Source: an uncultured Chroococcidiopsis sp. (GTDB lineage Bacteria; Cyanobacteriota; Cyanobacteriia; Cyanobacteriales; Chroococcidiopsidaceae). From it: a DNA stretch of 64,000 nt. The DNA is taken from contig CAXTYC010000015.1 of NCBI GenBank assembly GCA_964248365.1, positions 1 to 64,000 of the forward strand, given 5' to 3'. Position 1 is the first letter of the stretch, and each line of letters begins with the position of its first letter. Under the pieces are notes generated by a model. It was not told the origin of the DNA. It made no database searches and saw only the letters and a program-made list of their open reading frames with translations. This document shows, one piece after another, positions 54,001 through 63,151 of this stretch. Both the position numbers and the translations under genes were made by a program.

Positions 54001-54445
54001 AAAAAATGATCCTAAAACTATGGGAATTCCGATTATTATCTTGTCTATTGTCGAAGACAAAGAACGGGGCTATCGTCTGGGAATCGAACGCTATTTAATG
54101 AAACCAATTGAAACCGAAACACTGTTACATGAAATTGGCACATTGATTTCTCAAGGCAATTCCTGCAAAAAAGTTTTAGTGGTAGATGAAGATTTGTCAA
54201 CTGTTAAAACCTTGTCTGAGGTATTACAGGCAAAAGGATACAGCGTGGTTGAGGTAACTAACGCCGAGGAACTGCGCGAAAAGGCAATGTCAGTTGTACC
54301 CTATATGATTGTTGCCAATGCCAACCTTTGGCAATCTGAAGTCATTAAAACCTTACAGTTTGAAAAAGGGTTGGAAAATGTCTTCTTTATCTTATTAGCA
54401 GACAATCTAGCTAGTAGTAAAAAAAATGAATTTTTATTACTTTAA
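51002..54445 (+). CDS. APC amino-acid-permease-like sensor fused to PAS-HisKA-HATPase-REC-(pseudo)REC
   Basis: Multi-TM N-terminus ([45 protein letters not shown]); [14 protein letters not shown] and GTGLGL; REC LDVMMP. The second REC lacks the acceptor Asp. Confidence 0.88.
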   Translation: MPNMKSTQAGVTSAPHLPRTLNPLETYGFGLAGPPGWTGVVGLIHAALASQAIFVWIPVTLIGVLINYQVKRLGMSQVDVAGGTPNYISRLLNRYPIVARYAAIGYLLNWVSSISLNAIILTDLVQGNLEVFGITLPTMFVRVGFMLLPFILALSGTRALSILLLFFILPSIGLLVVFSLQGLGWLALSPDSPGFFPTSWGEFNFASWAKWFFFATFVTYSSETASSFVADSRRPVETLRFLDFAAWTGAIIFIGGAWVVMRLAPGAALGSSNSDDPFLNLVAASKPFWGQSASLIVTFLLGSSCLLTIATAVSNCPRILYQLALDKHLAPVFSVVSRQGVFGPALTLVFGLAMFFLLWGDVAHIVVVGNVSWFVSFTLLHLSVWLQRGRAEVLAPRLSLGIFLLEVIVLFVGGIAWEWQYFLIGLLAPVGILTIDAAIRRIRFAPFRPTWWIQRYKANTSIRIKDLLIFQVTVLIVLICGAVLIGWGFRSLLNSGTAEQSNNLILVLMMIVAFIGVAIACWTTLPQVFELELRVEERTAYLSAIIDNLADGLLVVDLNGKIVRTNPVLFTLFGFENTELSDHNFEIVFNRKVVELVEQTRKSPEKVFVAEIALTGEKTGKAVATAIMRNSSFANDKNQHNQSIGSVLLIRDITSDKEVDQMKTDFISTVSHELRTPLTSVLGFAKIIKKKLDETIFPLLSPDDKKVQRNIRQVGDNINIILSEGIRLTDLINDVLDIAKMEAGKIEWKMEPLQITEVVERAIAATSALFQQKDLKLIQEIEPGLPSVMGDRDRLIQVVINLISNAVKFTDNGSVTCTVGKDDNTITVSIIDAGIGIASSDLDKVFEKFKQVGDTLTDKPKGTGLGLPICKQIVEHHGGRIWVESELGKGSNFSFTLPISTACEMKIKTLDMDTLVKQLREHVVINSSVSAARQKNILVVDDDANIRQLLRQQLEAEGYIIREAKDGIEAIAQVKKSVPDLIILDVMMPEMSGFDVAAVLKNDPKTMGIPIIILSIVEDKERGYRLGIERYLMKPIETETLLHEIGTLISQGNSCKKVLVVDEDLSTVKTLSEVLQAKGYSVVEVTNAEELREKAMSVVPYMIVANANLWQSEVIKTLQFEKGLENVFFILLADNLASSKKNEFLLL

Positions 54446-54560
54446 ACCAATTATTACTAATAAAGAAATAGCTTGGTTAACCTTAGTACGAGTCTTGTCA
54501 AATATTGAGAGAATATTTGTAAACTTCTGAAAGTTATATTTTGATATTCAAAGGTGTTGC

Positions 54561-54938
54561 ATGAATCAGAAAATCTTGATTGTAGATGATGAACCCCATG
54601 TCAGGCTACTAATAGAGCAAACGTTGGAAGAGTTAGAAGATGAAGGAGTAGAGCTGTTATTTGCGGAAAATGGAGAATTAGCGCTAGAAATAATTAAAAA
54701 CGAAAAACCTCAACTCGTTTTTTTGGATGTGATGATGCCCAAAATGAACGGTTTTGACGTGTGCAATTGGGTTAAGCATAAATTGGGTCTTGAAGATATT
54801 TACATCGTTATGCTAACTGCTAAAGGTCAGGAATTTGATAGGCAAAAAAGCATTGAAGTTGGAGCTGATATGTATACTACCAAGCCATTTGATCCTGATG
54901 AAATTCTTAAGAAGTCCCAAGAAGTGCTGGGTATCTAA
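54561..54938 (+). CDS. Single-domain response regulator
   Basis: LIVDDE, FLDVMMPKMNG, MLTAKG and KPF motifs. Confidence 0.93.
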   Translation: MNQKILIVDDEPHVRLLIEQTLEELEDEGVELLFAENGELALEIIKNEKPQLVFLDVMMPKMNGFDVCNWVKHKLGLEDIYIVMLTAKGQEFDRQKSIEVGADMYTTKPFDPDEILKKSQEVLGI

Positions 54939-55055
54939 TAGGATTCCAGATTTTAGATTTCAAGATTGTAGAAGTATTTCCATTGGGGAATTTCAAAAAT
55001 ATTGTTTTTGCAACAATAAAAATAAATGGTGTAAAGTAATATTTTTACATATAGT

Positions 55056-55805
55056 GTGTTAAATAGTCATGGGATGTGGCATCCACCACCCATAGAATTA
55101 ACATTATCCAAGAGTGATGTTCATGTTTGGCGTGCTAGTCTCGACCAACCAGCAGGACGTATTCAACAGCTAGCACAAACTCTTTCTGCTGACGAACATC
55201 TTCGGGCGGAACGTTTCTACTTTGATCTCGATAGAGCGCGTTTTATCGTCGGTCGAGGGCTACTTAGAGCAATCCTGAGTCGTTACTTGGGTATGGCTGC
55301 CAATCAATTACAGTTTTGTTATAGCTCTCGTGGTAAACCGGATTTGACAAAAACGTCAGGTGGAGATAGGCTGCGGTTTAACTTATCTCATTCCCAAGGA
55401 CTCGTTTTGTATGCAGTGAGTTGGGATCGCTCTATTGGCATCGATCTTGAACACATTCGTCCAATTGCCGATATTGAGCAGATCGTCAAAAGCTTTTTTT
55501 CAGACTATGAAAAGACTGTCTTTGAACACCTTCCTCCACACCAAAAACAAGTAGCATTTTTTAATTGCTGGACTCGTAAGGAAGCTTTCATCAAAGCCGT
55601 TGGTGAGGGGTTGGCTTTACCCCTCGATTCTTTTGATGTCTCACTTGCTCCTGGTGAACCAGCCAGACTACTAAGAATCAAAAGCGAAAGAGCAATATCA
55701 AAGCGCTGGACACTTCAAGACTTGACGCCAGCGCCAAATTATGCTGCTGCCTTAGCTGTCGAAGGAAAAGGATGGAATTTTGCCTGTTGGGAATGGGCTG
55801 AGTGA
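55056..55805 (+). CDS. Sfp-type 4'-phosphopantetheinyl transferase (HetI-like)
   Basis: GKP, FNLSHS, IGIDLE and WTRKEAFIKAVGEGL motifs. Confidence 0.93.
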   Translation: MLNSHGMWHPPPIELTLSKSDVHVWRASLDQPAGRIQQLAQTLSADEHLRAERFYFDLDRARFIVGRGLLRAILSRYLGMAANQLQFCYSSRGKPDLTKTSGGDRLRFNLSHSQGLVLYAVSWDRSIGIDLEHIRPIADIEQIVKSFFSDYEKTVFEHLPPHQKQVAFFNCWTRKEAFIKAVGEGLALPLDSFDVSLAPGEPARLLRIKSERAISKRWTLQDLTPAPNYAAALAVEGKGWNFACWEWAE

Positions 55806-55959
55806 GGGGCTAGAGACTAGGGATTAGGGGCTAGGGAGATGGGGAGAGGGGGAGCAAAAGGGAGCAAAAGGAAGCAAAAGGGAGCAAAAGGAAGATTCTT
55901 CTTTTCAAAATTCAAGGCTCCAAAATCCTCTAGTCCCTAGCCCCTAGCCCCTAGTCCCT

Positions 55960-56718
55960 CTAAAACCATCCTTCTTGTTCCAAGGTTTCAATCAGCTGGA
56001 GTCCTCTAGGATCGCCCACTCCTAGCAGGGAAGCTTTGGCATCTTCCCTCACTCCCAGGTCTTCATCTTCGGCAAAGGCTTGAATCAGAGCATCGATCGC
56101 AGTGGCATAAACAACGTTGGAAGGTAGTTCGCGGCATAACTGTCCAATCGACCAAGCACAGTTACTACGCACAGCAGGCACGGGATCTTGGATCAAAGCT
56201 TCAATTAGGGGTGGCATGGCTGCCAAAACAGCTTCATAACCCACCTGTGCCATTTGCGCTAAAGCACTAGCTGCCCACAGACGAACGGCAGAAATATCAG
56301 ATTTTAAAGCGGACGCTAGCGGTGCAAGGGAACGGCGATCGCGGCAGTTGCCCAAAGCCCAAACTACACCCTTACGCACATATCCATTCCAATCTCGGTT
56401 GAGTTGATTAATCAAAGGCTCCACAGCCTCTGGACTAGGATTGCGTCCAATAGCATAAGCCGCACTGACTCGTATTAATGGGCAGGCATCAGTTAGCAGG
56501 CGAATCAATTGGGGAGTTGCCCGTTTATCTTCTAGCTCACAAAAAGCTCGCGCCGCCAGCATCCTTTGTTGTGGTTCAGGGTTCTCTAGCAGGGCAAGCA
56601 TTGCCTCTGGATTAGGTTTTTCCGCCTCTGCATCGGCACTGTGAGGTTCTAGATGATCCAAGGGACTGTCTAGCTCTATTGCCGCATCGAGTAAGCTTAA
56701 GTCGTCTTCGTCATACAT
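55960..56718 (-). CDS. HEAT-repeat (PBS lyase-like) protein
   Basis: Repeated D...VR..AA.ALG units. Confidence 0.85.
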   Translation of the reverse strand: MYDEDDLSLLDAAIELDSPLDHLEPHSADAEAEKPNPEAMLALLENPEPQQRMLAARAFCELEDKRATPQLIRLLTDACPLIRVSAAYAIGRNPSPEAVEPLINQLNRDWNGYVRKGVVWALGNCRDRRSLAPLASALKSDISAVRLWAASALAQMAQVGYEAVLAAMPPLIEALIQDPVPAVRSNCAWSIGQLCRELPSNVVYATAIDALIQAFAEDEDLGVREDAKASLLGVGDPRGLQLIETLEQEGWF

Positions 56719-56891
56719 GAGTGATCAGTATTCTACACCCATTCACCATTTTGGCTTCAGTGGGTACATTTAAACTAGCTACAATGATTTTACTTTGCCA
56801 TTACCTAACCAATAACTTTTATCCGAATCGGTTGAAACATATCTTCTTTGTTCCTTCTGACTCGATATAATTAAATAATCGCCCCGAATGC

Positions 56892-57422
56892 TCACGATCG
56901 CACTTGCTTGACCATCCAAAGGGACACAGTTTGATAACCGAGTTGGTGGTAAAGATTTAATGCTGCTGCGTTGGATTGAAAGACTTGCAAACCAATAGAG
57001 CGATCCCCCCTAGCACTTGCCCAGTGTTCTACCCTATGCATCAAACCCGTGCCTATACCTCGTCGCCGATGTGACGGTTTGACGTAGAGTAGGAAGATGT
57101 GAGCATGGCGATCGCCTCGTACTTGATCTATAGCATTACCCACCCAGAGGCATCCAATTGGGGCAGGCGTTGCCCCGCAAGCTGAGGGGGTAGATTCTTC
57201 CTCTTGCCCCTCGCCTCTTGCCCCTTGCCCCTTGCCTAAAGATTCTACCCACCAAAGGGGTGTTTCTTTGGAGAAGAATTGTTCGACTGTTTGGGCTAGG
57301 TGGGAAAAATCTTGCTCTGGAAACAACTCTTGATAAGTCAACTGCATAAACTTTACTAGCAGCGCCCGATCAAGGCTAGAGCCAGCGTGTATGGTGTAAC
57401 CAGGTAGCAGTTGTTCAGACAC
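56892..57422 (-). CDS. GNAT N-acetyltransferase
   Basis: LYVKPSHRRRGIG and NAAALNLYHQLGY motifs; contains an in-frame repeat insertion. Confidence 0.88.
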   Translation of the reverse strand: MSEQLLPGYTIHAGSSLDRALLVKFMQLTYQELFPEQDFSHLAQTVEQFFSKETPLWWVESLGKGQGARGEGQEEESTPSACGATPAPIGCLWVGNAIDQVRGDRHAHIFLLYVKPSHRRRGIGTGLMHRVEHWASARGDRSIGLQVFQSNAAALNLYHQLGYQTVSLWMVKQVRS

Positions 57423-57436
57423 TAAAACTAATACGT

Positions 57437-57643
57437 TTAAGCTTGGTTATTTTCAAGTTGCACTAATGCCACAGCCCCTGAAAACTCAGCTTGGGCATTT
57501 TTAGGATTGGGATTGATTGTTTCTGTTGGTGCTGGGGCTGCCATATCTGTGGGTAGAAAGATTCTGGCGCTGACTGCAATTAGTGCCACCAAAAATACCA
57601 GTATTACGAGTAACGGAGCAATATACTGTCGAATGATAGCCAT
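57437..57643 (-). CDS. Small membrane protein
   Basis: MAIIRQYIAPLLVILVFLVALIAVSARIFLPTDMAAPAP; ATG at 57643. Confidence 0.65.
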   Translation of the reverse strand: MAIIRQYIAPLLVILVFLVALIAVSARIFLPTDMAAPAPTETINPNPKNAQAEFSGAVALVQLENNQA

Positions 57644-57726
57644 GTTTATAGCTGTAAGAGGTAGCTGAAGATTTGTTAATTTATCTGTTTCTATCCTACA
57701 ACTGATGAAAGTCTTCTTCTTCCAGT

Positions 57727-58989
57727 TCAGGGCTTGGCGATGGGATTTGGTTGGGGATTCCAAGGAGCAAAAAACGGCAGCAGCATTAATCCTGGCAAAG
57801 CCCCTGCGGCTGTAATCAGGAAGAACAAAGACCAACCAGTAGCTTCTGCCCATGCGCCAGCTGGTGCTGTCAGAATATCTCGGCTAAAAGCTTGCAAACT
57901 TGAAAGCAAAGCATACTGAGTGGCTGAAAAAGCCGGATTACACAGACTCATCAAAAACGCTACGAAAGCAGCAGATTCTAAACCAGCACAAAAATTTTCA
58001 ATATTAATTGCTGCCACCATCAAAGGGTAATTTTTACCCACCACTGCCAAAGCAAAGTAGGCAAGGTTGCCAACAGCTTGCAAAATAGCAAAGATCCACA
58101 AAGAGCGATTAATGCCAATTTTAGTCATCAATGCTCCCCCTGCCAAAGTGCCGACAATAACAGCGAAAATCCCCAAAGCGTTGGGAAATGCTAATTCGGG
58201 TTCGGTAAAATTTAAACCTTTGGCTAACAAAAATGGAGTGGCTACATTCTTGAGTAAAGAATCTCCCAACTTATAGATGACAATGAACAGCAAAATGAAA
58301 ACTGCTTGCAAAGAGCCATTACGCTGGAAAAATTCAATAAAAGGTAATGTGACAGCATCATATAAACTAGCAGGAGGGCGATCGCGTCCTATTGGCTCAG
58401 GAGCGAATATACTACTTACCAAGCCCACAAGCATCAATAACGACATCAACAAGTAAACAGCTTGCCAGGGCATAAAACCTGCCAAAAACAGAGTTAAAGA
58501 ACTCGTAATCAAAACAGCAATACGATAGCCCAGAAGGAACATTGACGCTCCTGCACCTCGTTCTGGTTCCTCTAATACATCAGTGCGGTAGGCATCAACC
58601 GAAATATCTTGACTTGCACTTAAAAAAGCAACTATTATAGCACTAATTCCCAACAATTGCAAACCCTGCTCTGGTTTTTGTAAAGCCATCGCAGCGATCG
58701 CCACGAGCAAAGCTCCTTGTGTCAAAACCAGCCAACCCCGCCGCCGCCCCAAAAACGGCGGTACATATCGATCCAGTAAAGGAGACCACAAGAATTTTAA
58801 CGAATAGGGCAACGCCACCAGACTAAAAGCACCAATCGCAGTCAAACTAACCCCTTCTTTCGTCAACCAAGCCTGGATAGGTGTCTTACTAGTTAGATAA
58901 AACGGCAAACCTGACGAAAAACCCAAAAACAACAAAGCCGCCATTTTGCGACTTTGAAAAACGTGCAGCAGCGATTTAACTGTTCTCAC
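57727..58989 (-). CDS. ampG: AmpG family muropeptide MFS transporter
   Basis: LGFSSGLP, KFLWSPLLDR, GRRRGW, SASQDISVDAY and ATQYALLSS motifs. Confidence 0.92.
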   Translation of the reverse strand: MRTVKSLLHVFQSRKMAALLFLGFSSGLPFYLTSKTPIQAWLTKEGVSLTAIGAFSLVALPYSLKFLWSPLLDRYVPPFLGRRRGWLVLTQGALLVAIAAMALQKPEQGLQLLGISAIIVAFLSASQDISVDAYRTDVLEEPERGAGASMFLLGYRIAVLITSSLTLFLAGFMPWQAVYLLMSLLMLVGLVSSIFAPEPIGRDRPPASLYDAVTLPFIEFFQRNGSLQAVFILLFIVIYKLGDSLLKNVATPFLLAKGLNFTEPELAFPNALGIFAVIVGTLAGGALMTKIGINRSLWIFAILQAVGNLAYFALAVVGKNYPLMVAAINIENFCAGLESAAFVAFLMSLCNPAFSATQYALLSSLQAFSRDILTAPAGAWAEATGWSLFFLITAAGALPGLMLLPFFAPWNPQPNPIAKP

Positions 58990-59090
58990 CCTTCAAAAAC
59001 TCCAACGTGCATCACTCCTGTTCTCACTCAAAAGCTGCTCCGAAAAACTCACCCCCAGCTTGGCAAATAATTTCGGGTATCTTTCTCGCA

Positions 59091-60626
59091 CTAACTTGTT
59101 ATACTCTCTTCGCAACTCTCCCCTTCCTCTCTCTGCGTCCTCTGCGCCTTTGCGGTTCGTTTTAAAGATATCACTCGCTCCCCCCTAATCTCCACCTGAC
59201 GCTCTTCCAACCATTTTTGCCAACCATCACGAGTACCAATCGAACGAGAATTTTTCAGCAAGCCTAACTTCTCTTCGAGGCGAGTCAGATTAGCAAATCG
59301 CTCATACAAAGGATAGCTAGGAGTAACAAAAGTTTCCTTGCGGTGCAAAATGGGCGGATTAGCTGTATTCTCGTAATTGCGATAAGTTACCGTCAAATCG
59401 CGCAAGTTAACTTGCATACTAGTATGCAAAGCTGGATGGGGATCGGTATCGAATTCGGGGTAAAACAGATACGATATTTTAGGTTTATTGGTATAAAACT
59501 TAACTAAAGTAGCCAATTCTAATCGCCCAATTGCGCGGCTAGCACAGCCTTCGTATATTCGCAGGAGGGGATCGAGTGAGGCGATCGCGCTCACATGAAC
59601 GTACAAAGCAGTAGGTAAGTGCTTACCAATCTTACTCTTGAGGCAGCTTTTAGCAACCACACCAGGCTTACCCAAACTAAAAAGCATTTTGTCAGCTACT
59701 TCACAAGCTTCTTGATAATCACCAAAAAAGGCTTTGATGTCGTGGCGAATTTCTGGTGCTAACTGCAACGGTGTAGGGCGTTGACCCAAAGAGCTAAGAG
59801 CTAGATATACTAATATATCAAGTGAGTGACGATAGGCGATCGCATCCCAATCAGCTTCATCTGTGGCTTGCAAAATCACTTTAAAGGCACGGCGAAGGCT
59901 ACCAAATTCGCTCACCAGTTGTGGTTCATCTGGCAACTCACCTTTGACAGGTAATCTTCCCCGTTCAGTCACAAAAGCCATCAGCGGTGCTAGCTGTTCT
60001 TGATAGTCCTCAAAGCGTTTACTGGGAATACGCACTCTAGGTGTTGTAGTTCCAGAGCGAAAGCGCAAAGCGCGAAAACTTTCTCGCTCTTGCTCAGAGC
60101 GAAAGACAAAATAGATGCCTAGTGCCACTGGCACTGCATCTACATTTAACACTTCATCAATGTAATTTTTCAGTTCTTCTTGGTCGTAATATTTTTGGAA
60201 CGTGTTACGGCGAGTAATGATGCCGTCTGCGTAAGCTATTTGATTGCTACTGCGGTCATTAATCAGTACTTGGGCAGAGACAATTAAAACTTTGCGGGTA
60301 AGTTCCCAAGCATTTATTAAGGCTTGACGGCGCTCATCTAAATCTTCAATCACGTTGAGGACGTAGCCCAGATTAACTATGTCAGATGGTATGCGTGGGG
60401 CTTGGGGACGGTAATACGGGTCCCAACCAGCGCAGGTGTAGTTTAGCTTAGCTATTCGTTCAAGATCGCCACCATGACCACATCCATAATCAAAAAATGT
60501 GGTATCGTTATTTAAGATTGCCGATTCTATTGCTAATCGCACAGGACGAGAAAGTTCAGGGCGAAACATAGCGGCTCGATGGCGTTCGATCTCTAGTGGT
60601 TCTGATTGGTAGCTAGACTCGACCAT
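59091..60626 (-). CDS. DNA phosphorothioation-associated putative methyltransferase
   Basis: IERHRAAM.R..LSRPV, FDYGCGHG, GWDPYY, VNLGYVLNVIE, TFQKYY and PPILHRKETF motifs; overlaps the dndE stop. Confidence 0.85.
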   Translation of the reverse strand: MVESSYQSEPLEIERHRAAMFRPELSRPVRLAIESAILNNDTTFFDYGCGHGGDLERIAKLNYTCAGWDPYYRPQAPRIPSDIVNLGYVLNVIEDLDERRQALINAWELTRKVLIVSAQVLINDRSSNQIAYADGIITRRNTFQKYYDQEELKNYIDEVLNVDAVPVALGIYFVFRSEQERESFRALRFRSGTTTPRVRIPSKRFEDYQEQLAPLMAFVTERGRLPVKGELPDEPQLVSEFGSLRRAFKVILQATDEADWDAIAYRHSLDILVYLALSSLGQRPTPLQLAPEIRHDIKAFFGDYQEACEVADKMLFSLGKPGVVAKSCLKSKIGKHLPTALYVHVSAIASLDPLLRIYEGCASRAIGRLELATLVKFYTNKPKISYLFYPEFDTDPHPALHTSMQVNLRDLTVTYRNYENTANPPILHRKETFVTPSYPLYERFANLTRLEEKLGLLKNSRSIGTRDGWQKWLEERQVEIRGERVISLKRTAKAQRTQREEGESCEESITS

Positions 60627-61011
60627 GAGAGTGTAAAGCAATTGCGATTAAGTCTTCGATTTTTTTGATGTTAGGATCGCCCGCCAAATAGCCAATACCG
60701 CGATGCAGGTGCAGGCGAAATTGCATGGCGAGGGTTTCCTTGTCAGTGCCTAAGTTGTCATTGTAGCAGCGTTGTTTGAGGGCAAGTAGAAGGATATCTG
60801 ACATTTCTCCCCCAAAGACACGCCAAGTCATCTCGACGTTGCTATCTGTTGGAATTGGCACGGGTGAGGGTATAGTTGGTTCTGCCAGGGAACGACAGAA
60901 CGCCCAGCGACACAATATGTTCCATTGGTCGATTTTCGTGCTGCGTTTGAGTTTGGTAAGTTGATCTTTGGCTGTTTGGGAAAGGCGAATTCTTTCAATA
61001 GGTGATTCCAT
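60613..61011 (-). CDS. dndE: DNA sulfur modification protein DndE
   Basis: IRLSQTAKDQL.KLKR.T.I.QWNILCRWAFCRSL, VEMTW.VFGG and LHLHRGIGYL. Likely start is MESPIE at 61011. Confidence 0.9.
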   Translation of the reverse strand: MESPIERIRLSQTAKDQLTKLKRSTKIDQWNILCRWAFCRSLAEPTIPSPVPIPTDSNVEMTWRVFGGEMSDILLLALKQRCYNDNLGTDKETLAMQFRLHLHRGIGYLAGDPNIKKIEDLIAIALHSHGRV

Positions 61012-61063
61012 AATATTGGTAGTTGGTAGTTGGTAATTGGTATAACTCATTACCCATTACCCA

Positions 61064-63070
61064 TTACCAAAAATATCCAGGTTGTATGGTTGTTTGACGG
61101 TTGGATGAGTCGTATTTTAGAAGATATTCGCGGGCGATCGCTTCGTTTGAGCGTAGTTTTTTGACTTCGTTTTCTCCTATTTCGGTGTCCGTAGAAAGTA
61201 GGATTACTTGATGGCTGGCGGATGGGAAATATCTTTCAACTAGGTTTTGGCGGTGGGAGGAGTCAAGCCGACCTAGTGGAGTATCAATTGCTACTGGTAA
61301 TCTTCTTCCTGAGACACGGGCTAATCCCCAGAGAAAGGCGATCGCCAGGAGTTGTTTTTCTCCTGCTGAGAGGCGATGTTTGGGTACTGGTTTCGAGTGC
61401 AAGTCGTAGAGGGAAAGGCTGAAGGTATGGGTGTCAATGGCGACACGATGCACTAAGTCAGATTTGTGCAGCAGGTAGCGGAAGCATTCGGTTACTTCCA
61501 ACTCTAGTTTATTCAGTTTTCTGAGTGTTAATCGTTCTCGGAAAAGTTTGAGTGTTTCTTGAACTTTAGCAGAGGCGGTGATAATATGCTCGTTATTTTT
61601 GCGAGCAATGTTTTTTTCTGTATATTGTTCTAAGTCTTTTTTTGTTTTGTTAATATTAGCGGTTAATTCATCTAAACGGCGTTTTGCTGTTTCGTAGTTA
61701 GCCTTAGCTTCAACAACTTCGGTTTGTGCTTGTTCAAGCACGTCTACTAGCTTTTGATAAGCTTCTGGTGATGCAGCAGTAAGTACTTGTCTTTCAATTG
61801 TTATAATTTCTTCTTCCTTATTTTTGAGCAAGTTTATTTTTTCTTGGGCAGCATCTTTGACAGAGCGCAAGTAGTAATTTAGAATATTAGATAGTTGATT
61901 TAAAGTTTCAGTATCAGGTAATAACCAGAAATTTTCAGTTTCGGTTGTTTCTTGCTCAAGCACTTGATTTTCTTGATTGAGAAAATATTTGATTTTGTCA
62001 ATCTGTTCATCTGATATAGCTAATTGACTAATCCAATTGATTAGGCGTTGATCTCGCTCAAGTAATATATCTCGTGCTATATGTGCTTGTTGACGGCGAA
62101 ATTCTTGTTCTGCTTGAGATAGAGTTTTAGTAAGTAGTGGTTCAATTAACGCCAGAGGTAAAATATCAGCGGCTAATTCACACATAGCCATCCGCGCTTG
62201 TTCTGCTTGGGCAGTTATTTCCCATTGCTGTTTTTCTAGGGTGGGGCGATCGCCTGCAATTTTACCACCTTCTGAAACGAATTTATCAAATGCGAGTTGC
62301 TGCTGTTTTTCTGCTATTTCTAACTTCTTTTGTAAAGTCTCTAAATTTCGCGTTTCTACATTGTATTCTTCTTGTTGATGTTTCAGCTTTTGTTCGATTT
62401 CCTCTAAGTTCGCCAACTCTTGTGTATCAGCAAGCGCTTTTCGTTTACGGTTGACTAAAATTTCTAAATCAACTGCCAAACGTTCAGCCAGTTCTAGCCC
62501 TAACAGTCCGCGAATTGCATCTACTACAACTGGTGGCGGTACTTCTGCTTGAGCGAGTTCTTTAACTTGTTCACCATCAAAGAGAAACAAGTTAGAAATT
62601 CCTACTGGCAGTAAATTTTCAATATACTCATCCCAGATATTAGCTAAGGCTGATTCGATCCATTCCGTACTACCCAAAATGCCTAAGCTGTCTTTACCAT
62701 CTTTAGGGTTTTTTTCCCAAGTTCGTACAATGCGGTATTGTACAGGCTTATCGTTTTCAATGTGTTCAAAAACCAATTCAATTCGAGTTTTACCTGCTGG
62801 TGGAGTATGGCTATTAACGCATTGGGTAAGAAAGTCACTATAACTCAAGTTGCCCCTCGTAGAACATTCGGCACGATGTCCATAAAGAGCAAGGCGAATA
62901 GCATCCAAAAGTGTTGTTTTTCCTCCACCATTCATCCCACCTAATAGGATGATTGGGCGAGAATTTTTATTATCGTTCTCAGGATCAGCCTGGGAATGGG
63001 GAGAGAGATTGATGACTTGTCGCCCACAGTAGGGACCAAAGTTTTGTAGTACAAGTTCGAGAAATATCAC
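61064..63070 (-). CDS. dndD: DNA sulfur modification protein DndD (SMC-like ATPase)
   Basis: GGMNGGGKTT, LFLFDGEQ, LSAGEKQ, IDTPLGRLDSSHR and QVILLSTDTEI motifs. Confidence 0.93.
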   Translation of the reverse strand: MIFLELVLQNFGPYCGRQVINLSPHSQADPENDNKNSRPIILLGGMNGGGKTTLLDAIRLALYGHRAECSTRGNLSYSDFLTQCVNSHTPPAGKTRIELVFEHIENDKPVQYRIVRTWEKNPKDGKDSLGILGSTEWIESALANIWDEYIENLLPVGISNLFLFDGEQVKELAQAEVPPPVVVDAIRGLLGLELAERLAVDLEILVNRKRKALADTQELANLEEIEQKLKHQQEEYNVETRNLETLQKKLEIAEKQQQLAFDKFVSEGGKIAGDRPTLEKQQWEITAQAEQARMAMCELAADILPLALIEPLLTKTLSQAEQEFRRQQAHIARDILLERDQRLINWISQLAISDEQIDKIKYFLNQENQVLEQETTETENFWLLPDTETLNQLSNILNYYLRSVKDAAQEKINLLKNKEEEIITIERQVLTAASPEAYQKLVDVLEQAQTEVVEAKANYETAKRRLDELTANINKTKKDLEQYTEKNIARKNNEHIITASAKVQETLKLFRERLTLRKLNKLELEVTECFRYLLHKSDLVHRVAIDTHTFSLSLYDLHSKPVPKHRLSAGEKQLLAIAFLWGLARVSGRRLPVAIDTPLGRLDSSHRQNLVERYFPSASHQVILLSTDTEIGENEVKKLRSNEAIAREYLLKYDSSNRQTTIQPGYFW

Positions 63071-63151
63071 AGTGAGTAGTGGGTAGAGAAGTAGAGAAGT
63101 AGAGACGTAGAGAAGTAAAGAAGTAGCAATGCTACGTCTCTACTTCTCTAC

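Noticed and set aside
47762..55805. Heterocyst glycolipid (hglB/hetM-hetI) or mycosporine (mysE) cluster
   Set aside because: There are no PKS KS/AT domains and no DDGS, O-methyltransferase or ATP-grasp genes; the terminal domain is a reductase, not a thioesterase.
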